Positions 1-9,717 of a stretch of DNA of 64,000 bases are shown here, in pieces. Numbering within the stretch: position 1 is the first letter of the stretch; every line of letters begins with the position of its first letter. Made by a program: the position numbers and the translations under genes. The stretch is taken from positions 8,820-72,819 of the forward strand of contig JAFGTF010000041.1 of NCBI GenBank assembly GCA_016934265.1, given 5' to 3'. This DNA comes from Spirochaetota bacterium (GTDB lineage Bacteria > Spirochaetota > B62-G9 > DRHN01). A model generated the notes under the pieces. It saw only the letters and a program-made list of their open reading frames with translations, did no database searches and had not been told where the DNA came from.

Positions 1-387
1 TTCATATTCGATTCCTGCAACAGCGGAGGGTTCATTGCGTCCTTCTTTGCCGAAGGAACGGGGGCGCGGGTACGATACCATGATATCGGGGGTGCGAGGG
101 GCACTGGATCGAACGGCGACCTCGATATCGTGAACATCCCGGTGATGACCGCCTCCGGGGAGTACGAATATTCCACCGAAGATTCTCTGCTCGAGCACGG
201 CGTCTTCACCTACTTCCTGCTCGAAGGCCTCACGTGGCTTTCGGCTGACAAAAACAGCGACGGCCATATATCAATAAGAGAACTATTCGATTATGCCGAA
301 ATTCATACAAAGTACTATACGATGCGTTTTCAGAACCCCCAGCTTTTGTTTTCCAGGAAATTTTTGGATATACTTATAACTCGATAA
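1..387 (+). CDS. Caspase-family (peptidase C14) protein, C-terminal part, truncated by window edge
   Basis: Frame 1 is open from base 1: FIFDSCNSGG (catalytic DSCxSG), then VMTAS..EYS.E....HGVFTYFLLEGL, ADxNxDGxI and QNPQ, typical of bacterial metacaspase-like domains. Confidence 0.85.
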   Translation, partial: FIFDSCNSGGFIASFFAEGTGARVRYHDIGGARGTGSNGDLDIVNIPVMTASGEYEYSTEDSLLEHGVFTYFLLEGLTWLSADKNSDGHISIRELFDYAEIHTKYYTMRFQNPQLLFSRKFLDILITR

Positions 388-403
388 GAGGGAGTAACGA
401 AAA

Positions 404-1462
404 ATGAACGAAAAAAGTTACCTCGGGAGATTCTTTGAGGGTCTTTTTCTCATTCTCATCATACTCGTGATACTGCAGACGTTCTCAGAGGAGGTCGCCG
501 CCTTCCTGGGCTTCGGCGTGCTCTGGCGAAAACGGCTTCTGTTTGCGGGCTTCGGTTTCGATCTCATATTCACCGTGGAGTTCATCACAAGACTCGGAAG
601 GTCGCGCGCAAGACGGGGGGCGGGAACCTACCTCGTACGGGAGTTCGGGTTCGTCGACCTCTTGAGCTCCGTTCCCCTCCTTCTTCTTCACTCGGGGCCG
701 CTTCTTTTCTCCTATTTTTCCGGCTCTTTCGGGCTATTCGCATCGCTCGGCGTGCTCAACCTTCTCAAGGCGGTGAAAATAATCAGGGTGACTCGTATCC
801 TGCGGTTCCTTCGTACCCTCAAGCTCTTCGGCAAGACGAGACCGAGGTATATTATGACATCGCGGTATGTGGCACGGGCGCTCGTAATCGTCACATCCGT
901 CATGATCCTCTCGTTGATCGGATTTACCTATGTGGACAACGGTAACGTCATGGGCTCGAAATCGGAGGAAACGGCCCGCATCCTGCAAAATTACGTCTCG
1001 AACGAGAAAGAACCCCGCTTCGACCGCCTTCTTACAGGCGGCGACTCAATACTGTTCATCGAGCATGAAGGGGGACTCGTATATCAGGGTGTCTCAAAAG
1101 GAGAATTCGAGGATTACTTCTTCGACGACGACTACTTCAAACGCTCTATAGACGGGTACGAGGTCACCTTCAGCCTGCGTGACCGTACCAGGCTGCACTC
1201 TTTCGTCAATCTCCTTGTCTATACGATGATCATTGGGGCGATTCTTCTTTTGACGACCCTCTATCGGGGTCACTTCAATAGACACATCTCAAACAACGTC
1301 GGGGTGATGCTTAAGGGATTTAAAACCGAAGCCTACTCAACACCCGTTCGGATAGCGAAACGGTCGTCCGACCTCGAGATATACGACCTCGCGGACCAGT
1401 ACAACAGAAAATGGCTGCAGGTCAAACGCAGGATAGTGGAGATCAGGCAAAACAGGACGTAA
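404..1462 (+). CDS. Membrane protein with voltage-sensor-like (Ion_trans S1-S4) domain, extracytoplasmic domain and HAMP-like C-terminus
   Basis: S2 FTVEF, S3 VDLLSSVP, S4 KAVKIIRVTRILRFLRTLK. No GYG pore motif. GAGGGAG RBS upstream. Confidence 0.75.
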   Translation: MNEKSYLGRFFEGLFLILIILVILQTFSEEVAAFLGFGVLWRKRLLFAGFGFDLIFTVEFITRLGRSRARRGAGTYLVREFGFVDLLSSVPLLLLHSGPLLFSYFSGSFGLFASLGVLNLLKAVKIIRVTRILRFLRTLKLFGKTRPRYIMTSRYVARALVIVTSVMILSLIGFTYVDNGNVMGSKSEETARILQNYVSNEKEPRFDRLLTGGDSILFIEHEGGLVYQGVSKGEFEDYFFDDDYFKRSIDGYEVTFSLRDRTRLHSFVNLLVYTMIIGAILLLTTLYRGHFNRHISNNVGVMLKGFKTEAYSTPVRIAKRSSDLEIYDLADQYNRKWLQVKRRIVEIRQNRT

Positions 1463-1470
1463 GACGCCCC

Positions 1471-2721
1471 ATGCGCACTCCATACGCACCTTTTTTTGCA
1501 AAGAACGAAAGTCCGCCGGACGTCGATCGTCCGGACCCGAACGATCTCTATGAGATTCTCTACAGCTCGGCACGTATGGACTACAGACGGGTGAAGAGAA
1601 GATTCTTTGCAAAAAGAACCCTTCTCCTCGTCGTGACGGCTCTTTCGGTCGTCGGCACCTTCTCGGTGATATTCTACCCGACGTTCATGAGGTCCCGCAT
1701 CAGCAGGATGGAAGAGGAGATATCAAATTACAGAAGCAGCATCCTAAGCCTCAATACCCAAATCGACACGCTCTCCGCACGCCGCCTCGAGTACGAGGAC
1801 CGTTTGCAGGCGTATAAGAATATTATAGGAAAGCTTAAGGTCGAGGACGACCGTATCATCGATTTCGACCTCACGGAAGAGGTGGCGCGAAGCACCGGGG
1901 GAATCGACGCGATCGAAGCCGAATATAGGAATATAACGAGGGGTAGCAGGGGGGTCCGTGCCTCGGCACTCACATTCGACCTCGGCACCGGAGACGACCT
2001 CCCTGTCGTGTACTCGATACTGAAGCGGTTTGATACGAGGGCGACGGTGTTTCTATCGAACGAGATGTCCTCCGAGAGTTACGGCTCCCTCTTCAATGGG
2101 AGAAACCTCGCGTATCTCGTCAAGCTGAATGATCTCGGCTGCGAGTTCGGTAATCATACGTGGTCGCACTACAACCTGAAACGCTCCCTGTACGAGACCT
2201 CGAAGAAGAACAGGGTGAGCTTCTCCTTCCTCTCGAACGATGTGCTCGACGAGCTGAACATCACGCGCGAGCTTAAGATGGTCGAAAAACAGGTGTTCGA
2301 AAAGACCGGCATCGTGCTCTCGCCTCTTTGGAGGGCTCCGTACGGAGCGATCGACGACCGCATCCTCAAAACGGCGGCCGCCGCCGGTTACCCCAACCAC
2401 ATATTCTGGTCCGCGAACGGCATAGGGCCGCTTGATTTCTACGATTACGTCACCAGGCGGTTCGTATGGAGAAAAGAGACCGAAACCGGCAGACCGGAAC
2501 GGGTACAGAACCCGTACTATTTCAGCTCGCAGGAGATGCTTCACCGTCTGAAGCAGTGGGAGGAGGCGGATCCCTCGGGGCTCAACGGCGCTATTTCCAT
2601 CGCCCATCTCGGCACATCCAGAAAGAACGACCGCATGGTCCTCATTCTTCCGGAGTACATCTCGCACTTCACTAACAGGGGCTACCGTTTCGTCACCGTG
2701 ACGGAGCTGCTCGCAGAATAG
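1471..2721 (+). CDS. Membrane-anchored polysaccharide deacetylase (NodB/CE4) with coiled coil
   Basis: ALTFD, GNHTWSH, WRAPYG motifs and a single N-terminal TM. Start uncertain (1411 or 1471). Confidence 0.85.
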   Translation: MRTPYAPFFAKNESPPDVDRPDPNDLYEILYSSARMDYRRVKRRFFAKRTLLLVVTALSVVGTFSVIFYPTFMRSRISRMEEEISNYRSSILSLNTQIDTLSARRLEYEDRLQAYKNIIGKLKVEDDRIIDFDLTEEVARSTGGIDAIEAEYRNITRGSRGVRASALTFDLGTGDDLPVVYSILKRFDTRATVFLSNEMSSESYGSLFNGRNLAYLVKLNDLGCEFGNHTWSHYNLKRSLYETSKKNRVSFSFLSNDVLDELNITRELKMVEKQVFEKTGIVLSPLWRAPYGAIDDRILKTAAAAGYPNHIFWSANGIGPLDFYDYVTRRFVWRKETETGRPERVQNPYYFSSQEMLHRLKQWEEADPSGLNGAISIAHLGTSRKNDRMVLILPEYISHFTNRGYRFVTVTELLAE

Positions 2722-3011
2722 AGTGGTCCGTGACCCCGCGCCAGCCGGCCGACGCTTACCTTCGGGACTCACCGTATTTTTTTTCTCCTCTGCGCACAGT
2801 GCCCCGGCTTTCAACCTCCAAAGGCTCGTAATTACGAGGAGGCGGGGGAGTTGACGGACGCAACCATTTGTCGTTCAGGCCGGCGTTTTCATCAATTGCG
2901 GCCTCGCAGCGATTGCTTCGTCTTCAGCCGTCCCCACGCACAATGTCCGCACTCGCGTTTCACCGATGCCGTACGAGACAGCATGAAATATGCGGCCATG
3001 AGTATTTTTTA

Positions 3012-3249
3012 TTCTCCAGATTAGCTGATAAAAATAGACACATATACGAAAAAGGTTCTTTTGCATATTGCATAATGTTTTTAAGGCAATAGAGCCTGAA
3101 AATCGTGATAATAAACTGAGTGAGGGTTTTAGTATAAATACAGAAATGCAACAAATAGAAAACAAAACTAAAGAGCTTTTACCCCTTGTCCTATTTATAA
3201 TTCGTGTGATTGATAATCAAATATCAGCAACGAAATTGGAGAAGATCCT
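3012..3249. mobile_element. MITE-like dispersed repeat, family A, copy 1
   Basis: AT-rich. Similar to 37125-37309, with 29 nt identical (ATATCAGCAACGAAATTGGAGAAGATCCT). Imperfect terminal inverted repeats TTCTCCA..GCTGATA / TATCAGC..TGGAGAA. Confidence 0.55.
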
Positions 3250-3325
3250 TATATTATTTCGTCCGTATAGGAGGAGAACCAGAATCGGCACCTCTTTTTA
3301 TTTCCTGCAGTAAGACTGCTCCATT

Positions 3326-4132
3326 CTATTCTTCATAAACGGGGTTCACCGTGGCGCAAGGCACCTTTACCGAACACTTCCCGCAGATATCTGCGATCCC
3401 CATGTCACGGTAGGCAGCGGCGTTTTCCAGGCAGACCTCGTAGCATCGGTGGCGGTCGAAAAAAAATCGTTTTTCTCCGGAAACTGCGCCATCTTGCAAA
3501 CCGAGCGCCTCGAAGCCGCAGCGTTCGACGCACCGAAGACAGCTTTCGTTTCGGTAAAATAAACAGTACTCGAATGAAGGCCTCTTCGTGGGAGCAAGCT
3601 GCCGGTCGACTATCATGCTCCCCAGCCTCCCGCAGCACCCCAGCTCGGTTATAAGCAGATTGTGAACGCCGAACGTCCCGAGCCCCGCGACGTACGCTGC
3701 GTGCCTGTGGGACCACCGGCTCGTGAGCGCGGCTCGATCGAAATCGTGCGTCGGCGCGATACCCCTGCACCGGACGCCGAAGGCAGAAAGCTCCGTCTCG
3801 AGAGCGCGGTTCAGCTCCTCTATGAGCGCGTTTGTCTCCGTGTAGGCGTACACCCACTCTATCGAGCACCTGTCACCATCATAGTTGCTCTTCACCACCT
3901 CGGGAGCGAAGGGGATGAAGTAGCATACGACACTCACCGCCCCGTCGAGCAGATCCTGCGGCCGCAGGTGACCCGGCTGCCTCTTAATAATCTTGTCAAA
4001 AAGGGGATCCCGGGCGCTCGCAAACCCGACACGCGGCGCCCTGTAGCCCGTCCGGGCACCGATACGGGCCGCATATGCGGGGACGAACGACCGGACGAAC
4101 CGTGCGATTCTTCGTTCCACCCTATTTTCCAA
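3326..4132 (-). CDS. QueG-like / epoxyqueuosine reductase-family Fe-S protein
   Basis: WSHRHAAYVAGLGTFG, CGRLGS, and two Cys clusters (C..CLRCVERC; CYEVC..CGKC...PC). TTG start at 4132 inferred. Confidence 0.75.
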   Translation of the reverse strand: MENRVERRIARFVRSFVPAYAARIGARTGYRAPRVGFASARDPLFDKIIKRQPGHLRPQDLLDGAVSVVCYFIPFAPEVVKSNYDGDRCSIEWVYAYTETNALIEELNRALETELSAFGVRCRGIAPTHDFDRAALTSRWSHRHAAYVAGLGTFGVHNLLITELGCCGRLGSMIVDRQLAPTKRPSFEYCLFYRNESCLRCVERCGFEALGLQDGAVSGEKRFFFDRHRCYEVCLENAAAYRDMGIADICGKCSVKVPCATVNPVYEE

Positions 4133-4733
4133 CGCTGAAGTGGAAGAGAATCGACGCAATGGTCTTCGCATCGACGATCTCCCCGTTTGCTATCATGGAT
4201 AGAACGCGTTTCTTACCGAATTTCCCGATTAAAAGGTCCTCCTCCTCATGCGGGTTGCCGCCCGTTCTTTCAAGCTCGGCGTTTTTCGGAACCGGCGCAT
4301 AAAAGAGGTGGATCATCTCGTCGATCGCGCCCGGAGAGAGGAAAAACGATATCAAAGGATCGAGCCTTCTAGGCTCGATACCGATCTCCTCTTTCAACTC
4401 GCGGCGTGCCGCCTTTTCATGATCCTCCTTCTCGCCAACCATGCCGGCCGGTATCTCCCACAGGAATCCGCCCTGTTCCCCGCCCGAAACGGGGTATCGG
4501 AACTGACGTACCAGCACGACCTCCCCTGATCCTTCCATTACGGGAAGTATGCCGACGGAATCGCCCCGTCTCAGCGCATACCTCGTCGCCGTCTTCCCCA
4601 TCGTACCGTTCCACCGCTCCCAAGCCACCCGTGCCCGCTCCACGCGGAAGAACTCGCTTGAGACGATCTTTTTCTCCTCAACCCGGAATTCCAATTCATA
4701 CACCCCTTTCTTTCCGTCTTTCACACTTTCCAA
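4122..4733 (-). CDS. NUDIX hydrolase (ADP-ribose pyrophosphatase-like)
   Basis: Nudix box EIPAGMVGEKEDHEKAARRELKEEIG; QFRYP, SPG and DAKT motifs. Confidence 0.9.
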   Translation of the reverse strand: MESVKDGKKGVYELEFRVEEKKIVSSEFFRVERARVAWERWNGTMGKTATRYALRRGDSVGILPVMEGSGEVVLVRQFRYPVSGGEQGGFLWEIPAGMVGEKEDHEKAARRELKEEIGIEPRRLDPLISFFLSPGAIDEMIHLFYAPVPKNAELERTGGNPHEEEDLLIGKFGKKRVLSMIANGEIVDAKTIASILFHFSVGK

Positions 4734-5973
4734 GAAGCCGCGTTATACGCCGTTCCACTTCATGCATCGTTTCAACGCCCGCCCCCTGCCGCCCGTTCTC
4801 CGGGTACAGCACTCCTCTTCTTCTGAGGCGGTCTCTCGCCCTTTCTGCGTACGAGAGCGCGGTCTCGAAGTCTCCGACGGCGTGCTCGTATATCTTGGCC
4901 ATCTCCGTACACGCGAACACGTACCTCGAGACCGGCCCGGCCCCGCGCAGGAGCGTTCCGAAATGCTGCAGCGCCTCTTCGAACGACCTCTCCCGTTTGC
5001 AGAGGAGCCCGAGCCGAACCGCCGCCTCCGCTTCCTCCGCACGCACGAGGAGGACCCGCTTGGCTTCCGTCGTCCGCCCGATGCGGAAGAGCATATCGGC
5101 CAAGGACACGGCATTGACCCCCCGTATCCTTTCTTTTTCACCCTCACACCCGTCACCGACCGCACGGACCCCGCGGATCAAGAGCGCGAAAAGAGAAAAA
5201 ACGTCGTCTCTGTTGTGTTCCAGCACCGACTCCAGCTCCCCGCTCTCGTCACTCCCCCCAAGGTACCGGAAATACACGTCCGGTATCAGCTCTCCGGGGA
5301 TGTCGCGACGCCTGCGGTATTCCAGCACGAGCCGTTCGACGGTCGACAGGGTAAAATCGGGACAGAATCCCTTCCACAGCCGTCTCGAGGAGTAGAGAAG
5401 GTCGAGATGCAGAGGCGCGGCGTTTTCCGCTTCCATTTCGAGACCGTTCATGACGAAACGGTTTCGCATCACGTTGTAGTCGAAGCATTTACCGTTGTAC
5501 GAGACCAGAATCCTCCGCCGCCCGAACCGTTGTGCTATTATTCGTAAAAACAGCGGCTCGGAGCCCAGATTCGGGAGAAAATACTGCACGAATCTCATCT
5601 CACCTTCCATCGATTCGAGCAAACCGATGAGGAAGAACCTGGTTCCCGCACCTTGCGACAGCCCGGTGGTCTCGACGTCGAAAAAAAGAAACCGTCCGGG
5701 CTCTATGTCCTCCAACCTTTCGACATCCGGGAAGAGCACTTCGAGATGCCTCTTTTCGAGAACGTCGAGGCCGCATAGATCGACCGTACCGTGGGTCGTG
5801 TTTTCTGAGACCGGCATGACTATCTCCATGACGGCCTCCTCCCCGTCGCGCAGCACCCTGCCGCCCATCCGGTCGGCGATCCGTTCGATCGGCTCACGGC
5901 GGCGCCCGACGCCGCGCGACGGGGAGGAGGCCGGGGATCTTCTCGTCTTGTCGTATATCTCGATCCTTCTCAT
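4696..5973 (-). CDS. RNase H-like (YprB/MrfB-type) exonuclease with C-terminal TPR region
   Basis: FFDVETTGL, SYNGKCFD, HLDLL, HNRDDV motifs and TPR-like helices. ATG at 5973 follows the helicase stop. Confidence 0.85.
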   Translation of the reverse strand: MRRIEIYDKTRRSPASSPSRGVGRRREPIERIADRMGGRVLRDGEEAVMEIVMPVSENTTHGTVDLCGLDVLEKRHLEVLFPDVERLEDIEPGRFLFFDVETTGLSQGAGTRFFLIGLLESMEGEMRFVQYFLPNLGSEPLFLRIIAQRFGRRRILVSYNGKCFDYNVMRNRFVMNGLEMEAENAAPLHLDLLYSSRRLWKGFCPDFTLSTVERLVLEYRRRRDIPGELIPDVYFRYLGGSDESGELESVLEHNRDDVFSLFALLIRGVRAVGDGCEGEKERIRGVNAVSLADMLFRIGRTTEAKRVLLVRAEEAEAAVRLGLLCKRERSFEEALQHFGTLLRGAGPVSRYVFACTEMAKIYEHAVGDFETALSYAERARDRLRRRGVLYPENGRQGAGVETMHEVERRITRLLGKCERRKERGV

Positions 5974-5986
5974 AGACGGTCTCCGG

Positions 5987-8248
5987 CTATGTTTTTTCCC
6001 CGACGAGCGAGATGCCGCCCGAGAGCACGTCTTTAAGAAACCGCGCCGTGGTCTTCTTATTATGCCGCTCGGGCCCCACGCAGGAGGGACAGCCGTTCTC
6101 GCAGCCGCACTCCTGTACACGCTGGAGCGAGGCCTGCAGCAGACGCTGTTTTATCTCGTAGAGGCGGTCGGAGAGGCCGACGCCGCCCGGATACCGGTCG
6201 TAGAGAAACAGCGTGGGGAGCCCGGTATGCGGCTCCTTCAGGTTCTCCGCTACGCCGATATCCCTCGGATCCGTCATGACGAAGAGCGACGAGATGTTCT
6301 TGAGGATAGGTGATAAAGAGAGAAGAAGCTCTTCGCACTCGTCGCGCGTAAGCCCCTGCAAGAGCGCGGGCTTGAAAGAGAGGACGAGGCTTTTCGTATG
6401 GATCTCGGTCGGCGGGAGATTGATATCGCCGAACCCGACGTTCTCGTGCGTGCCGAATTTAATCTTCTTGTACTTCACCGCGACCGTCCGAACCAGCACG
6501 TCGCAGAGCATAAAGCGGGCCGAGGGAGTGTCCTCCTCGCTGTTTTTCTCGAGTATCTTTATGTCCGTCTTGGACTCGGCATCCGTGTAGTAGTTTACAT
6601 TCGACCGCTCCGTCGTGACGGTCAGCTTGTCCCAGTCGACTTCGAGTACCGTATACTGGGCGCTCCCGTGGATGTAGATCGCGTTCTCGTGCAGCAGGAT
6701 GGGAACGCTCGAACGGTCCATCTCGCCTATCACCCTCCGAACGCCGCCCGTCCGGTCGATTATCACGAAGTTACCCGCGTCCGCGCTCCGTAACGAAACG
6801 TTCTCCGCCGGATAACTCCGGTCCTGCCAGTGATAGACTTCCTCCTCCTCGTGCAGCACGGATTTGTCGTCGAGATACTCGAGCACGTCCCCAATATCCT
6901 CCCCCCCGTACGTCTCTGAACGTTTGAACGGGAGCTCGAAGGCCGCACACTTGACCTGGTCTATGAGGATATACACGTTCTGCGGGTTTACGAGCGCCGA
7001 CTCGACCGCATGCCCCATGAGATACTCCGCGTGCTGGGCGATATACTGGTCCAGGGGCGCGTTCGATGCGACGAGTATCGATACGCTCGTCCGGTCCGTC
7101 CTGCCGGCCCTTCCCGCCTGCTGGAAAAATGAGGAGACCGTGCCCGGGTATCCGGCCATGATGCTCACATCGAGCGATCCTATGTCGATTCCGAGCTCCA
7201 AGGCGTTCGTCGACACCACGCCGAGCAGGTCGCCGTCGCGCAAGCCCCGCTCTATGTCCCTCCGTTCGTTCGGCAGGTATCCCCCCCTGTAGCCTGAGAT
7301 CCTGTTTTTCTTCTTCGGTATCCGCTGTTTTAAATAGGAGAGGATCACCTCGGTATTGAGACGGCTCCTCGCGAAGACGATCGTCGTGAGGTCGTTCTCG
7401 ATAAACCGCCTCGCCACGTGTACCGATTCCAGAACGACTCCCCGGCGGATACCCTGCTCTCTGTTTACGAGCGGGGGGTTGTAGATGATGTAGTGCTTCT
7501 CCCCCGCCGGCGCACCGGACTGTTCGATGACAAGAGGTTTTTTTCCCGTTATCCTGTAAAAGAGATCGTCCGGGTTTGCGATGGTCGCGGACGACGCGAT
7601 GAAGGTCGGGTTGGAATCGTAGAAACCGGCGATCCTTTTAAGCCTCGTAATGACGTGCGCGAGGTGCGAGCCGAAAACGCCCCGGTAGGTATGCAGCTCG
7701 TCGATGACGATGTACTTCAACCCGTCGAAGATCTTCACCCATTTCGGATGGTTCGGGAGGATCCCCGTATGCAGCATATCGGGATTCGTGACGATGAGCC
7801 TTCCGCTCTTTCTCGCCGCCTGCCGGATGGAGGAGGGGGTGTCGCCGTCGTATATGTACAGCCTTAGATCCGGGAGTGAAAAATCCTCGAGGGATTTCAC
7901 CTGATCCTGGCTCAGCGCTTTGGTCGGAAATAGGTAGACCGCCTTCGCGTCCGGATCTTTCAGCAGGCAGTCGAGCACCGGGAGGTTGTAGGCCAGGCTC
8001 TTTCCCGAGGCAGTGGGCGTCGTGAGCACGACGTCTCTGCCCGCGTTTACGTGCCCGTAGGCTTCCGCCTGGTGGGCGTAGAGTTTCGTGATACCCGTTT
8101 TCTCGAGATATGCGCGAAGCTCGGGATGAATGCCCGCGGGTACCGGCCTGAACGCCGCGCCTTTCTTTTTCTGTACGCCCCAGTAGGTGACGTTTCCGCT
8201 GAAACTCCCGTCACTACGAAGCGTGTCGAGAAACGAGCCAAGCTCCAA
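5987..8248 (-). CDS. DEAD/DEAH-box helicase with DUF1998 Zn domain (YprA/MrfA/Hrq1-like)
   Basis: TPTASGKS, DELH, SAT, ALELGIDIG, QQAGRAGR and C-terminal CGCENGCPSC. Confidence 0.92.
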   Translation of the reverse strand: MELGSFLDTLRSDGSFSGNVTYWGVQKKKGAAFRPVPAGIHPELRAYLEKTGITKLYAHQAEAYGHVNAGRDVVLTTPTASGKSLAYNLPVLDCLLKDPDAKAVYLFPTKALSQDQVKSLEDFSLPDLRLYIYDGDTPSSIRQAARKSGRLIVTNPDMLHTGILPNHPKWVKIFDGLKYIVIDELHTYRGVFGSHLAHVITRLKRIAGFYDSNPTFIASSATIANPDDLFYRITGKKPLVIEQSGAPAGEKHYIIYNPPLVNREQGIRRGVVLESVHVARRFIENDLTTIVFARSRLNTEVILSYLKQRIPKKKNRISGYRGGYLPNERRDIERGLRDGDLLGVVSTNALELGIDIGSLDVSIMAGYPGTVSSFFQQAGRAGRTDRTSVSILVASNAPLDQYIAQHAEYLMGHAVESALVNPQNVYILIDQVKCAAFELPFKRSETYGGEDIGDVLEYLDDKSVLHEEEEVYHWQDRSYPAENVSLRSADAGNFVIIDRTGGVRRVIGEMDRSSVPILLHENAIYIHGSAQYTVLEVDWDKLTVTTERSNVNYYTDAESKTDIKILEKNSEEDTPSARFMLCDVLVRTVAVKYKKIKFGTHENVGFGDINLPPTEIHTKSLVLSFKPALLQGLTRDECEELLLSLSPILKNISSLFVMTDPRDIGVAENLKEPHTGLPTLFLYDRYPGGVGLSDRLYEIKQRLLQASLQRVQECGCENGCPSCVGPERHNKKTTARFLKDVLSGGISLVGEKT

Positions 8249-8377
8249 AAAGCGCCCCTCCCCCTCACTCTCTGCTTGAGCTATGGCAAAATGTAAACCG
8301 TTCGGTCTTTAAAGACAACGGTTTTTAGACGACATGGTCCCAGCTTATCAGAGAAGAGAGCATATTACCGGATTAAC

Positions 8378-8846
8378 AAGGTCCCACTTTCTTGCTCAAA
8401 TTATTTAATCTTATATTTGGTTATAACAAACAGTGTTTTAAATACATAAAGAAGCAGATTATCCTACCGATGAAACTCCAAGATATAAGCCATTCGAGCA
8501 CCAAAGCTTTTAAATCAGCACAAAGAATACTTAAACAAGATTGCTTCTCCCTGCTTATTTTTCTATAGAAAAAAACAACTTCCAAACCATATGATAGACG
8601 ATTAATCCAAGATTTTAAAATCCAAGTATATGGAAGATTGAAAACCATTGCTTTTTTATATCATTTTTACAATCCGGGTATAATGAAAAAGTGGCGGTTA
8701 ACAATGCTAAAGTGATTAACGCAAAAAATCTCCAAAAAGCATAAAGCTGGTCTCGTTCGAAATTAAGAAACGTTTTCTTCTCTTTATCATCAACTATAAA
8801 ACCCTCCTTTTCTCTTCACTTTATGGTAAAAAAAGTTGGCACCTAT
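8378..8846. mobile_element. Possible degenerate IS/MITE remnant (AT-rich island)
   Basis: AT-rich non-coding stretch bounded by imperfect inverted ends AGGTCCCACTTT / AAAGTTGGCACCT. No intact transposase. Confidence 0.3.
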
Positions 8847-9000
8847 TTGATTATTTACAAACGAATTTAAAAAAAATCTCATGATGTGCTGTATCAACTA
8901 CTAGAAATTAGGTCAGGTTCGTCGAGAAGCGGAAAAAAAGACATCATATTTATATGTATTAAATTTCTCTGAAATAGGGAAGGGATCCCGTTAAATAAAC

Positions 9001-9717
9001 TTACTGATACGTCACGATCTCGACGAAATTGACGTATCCCTGCAGCGCGCAGTAGTGCCGTCCGGCACCGACCGAGAATTCCGGATTTCCGGTCACGAGT
9101 ATATCGCCCCGAAGCAGAAGCGGCTTCGACGAGAGCTTCGTCTTCGCCGCGACGAGAACAAGGTTCTTCAATGCCTCGAGATATGCCGTATCCATACCGG
9201 AGTAGCCTGCATAGAAATCCGAGGTCCCGTCCGCATCGGTGAGTCTGAGGTTGTTCGAGCGGAATGCGGCGAGCCATTTCTCGATCGACGGCGTCACCCG
9301 CAGGCCGAGCTTTGTACGGTACATACCGCCGTACACGCCGTCACCAAGCGGGAGCACGAGACTCTCGTCTACACTTCCGCGCAGCGCTATATCGAAGACC
9401 TCCTCCCTCTTCATGAGCGCGCTCGCCGGCCTGTAGATGAATTTGTACCCGTAGACGTTCGCGGAGAGAAACTGAAGTGCAAGAAGGCGCGCGTTCTCCG
9501 TATAGTCCTCCTCGTCGTCGAAAGAGAGGAGCACCGCCGGGGGAGGCTGGTCTTTGGAGGCGAACCGCCCCTTTTTAATCTCGCTTGCCGCGGGATACTC
9601 GCCGTACACCACGATCATCTCTTCTCCCGCCGCGGTTAGAGAGACGAAGAGCAAAAGAAAGACCGCCGCGAAGATCGCGTAACGGCGAATCGGGATCGTA
9701 CCGGAACCGGGTTTCAC
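9001..9717 (-). CDS. Exported hypothetical protein
   Basis: 238-aa ORF with signal-peptide-like N-terminus. Start overlaps the uvrB stop. Confidence 0.7.
   Translation of the reverse strand: MKPGSGTIPIRRYAIFAAVFLLLFVSLTAAGEEMIVVYGEYPAASEIKKGRFASKDQPPPAVLLSFDDEEDYTENARLLALQFLSANVYGYKFIYRPASALMKREEVFDIALRGSVDESLVLPLGDGVYGGMYRTKLGLRVTPSIEKWLAAFRSNNLRLTDADGTSDFYAGYSGMDTAYLEALKNLVLVAAKTKLSSKPLLLRGDILVTGNPEFSVGAGRHYCALQGYVNFVEIVTYQ

Noticed and set aside
2868-3313. Short ORFs in AT-rich intergenic stretches (also 8421-8648, 37228-37497, 43102-43365)
   Set aside because: No motifs, atypical composition, and the frame is not preserved between the repeat copies.
5987-8248. DUF1998 helicase as part of a DISARM or Druantia defence system
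   Set aside because: No methylase, DrmA/DrmC or other defence partners nearby. The adjacent YprB-like gene fits the repair module.
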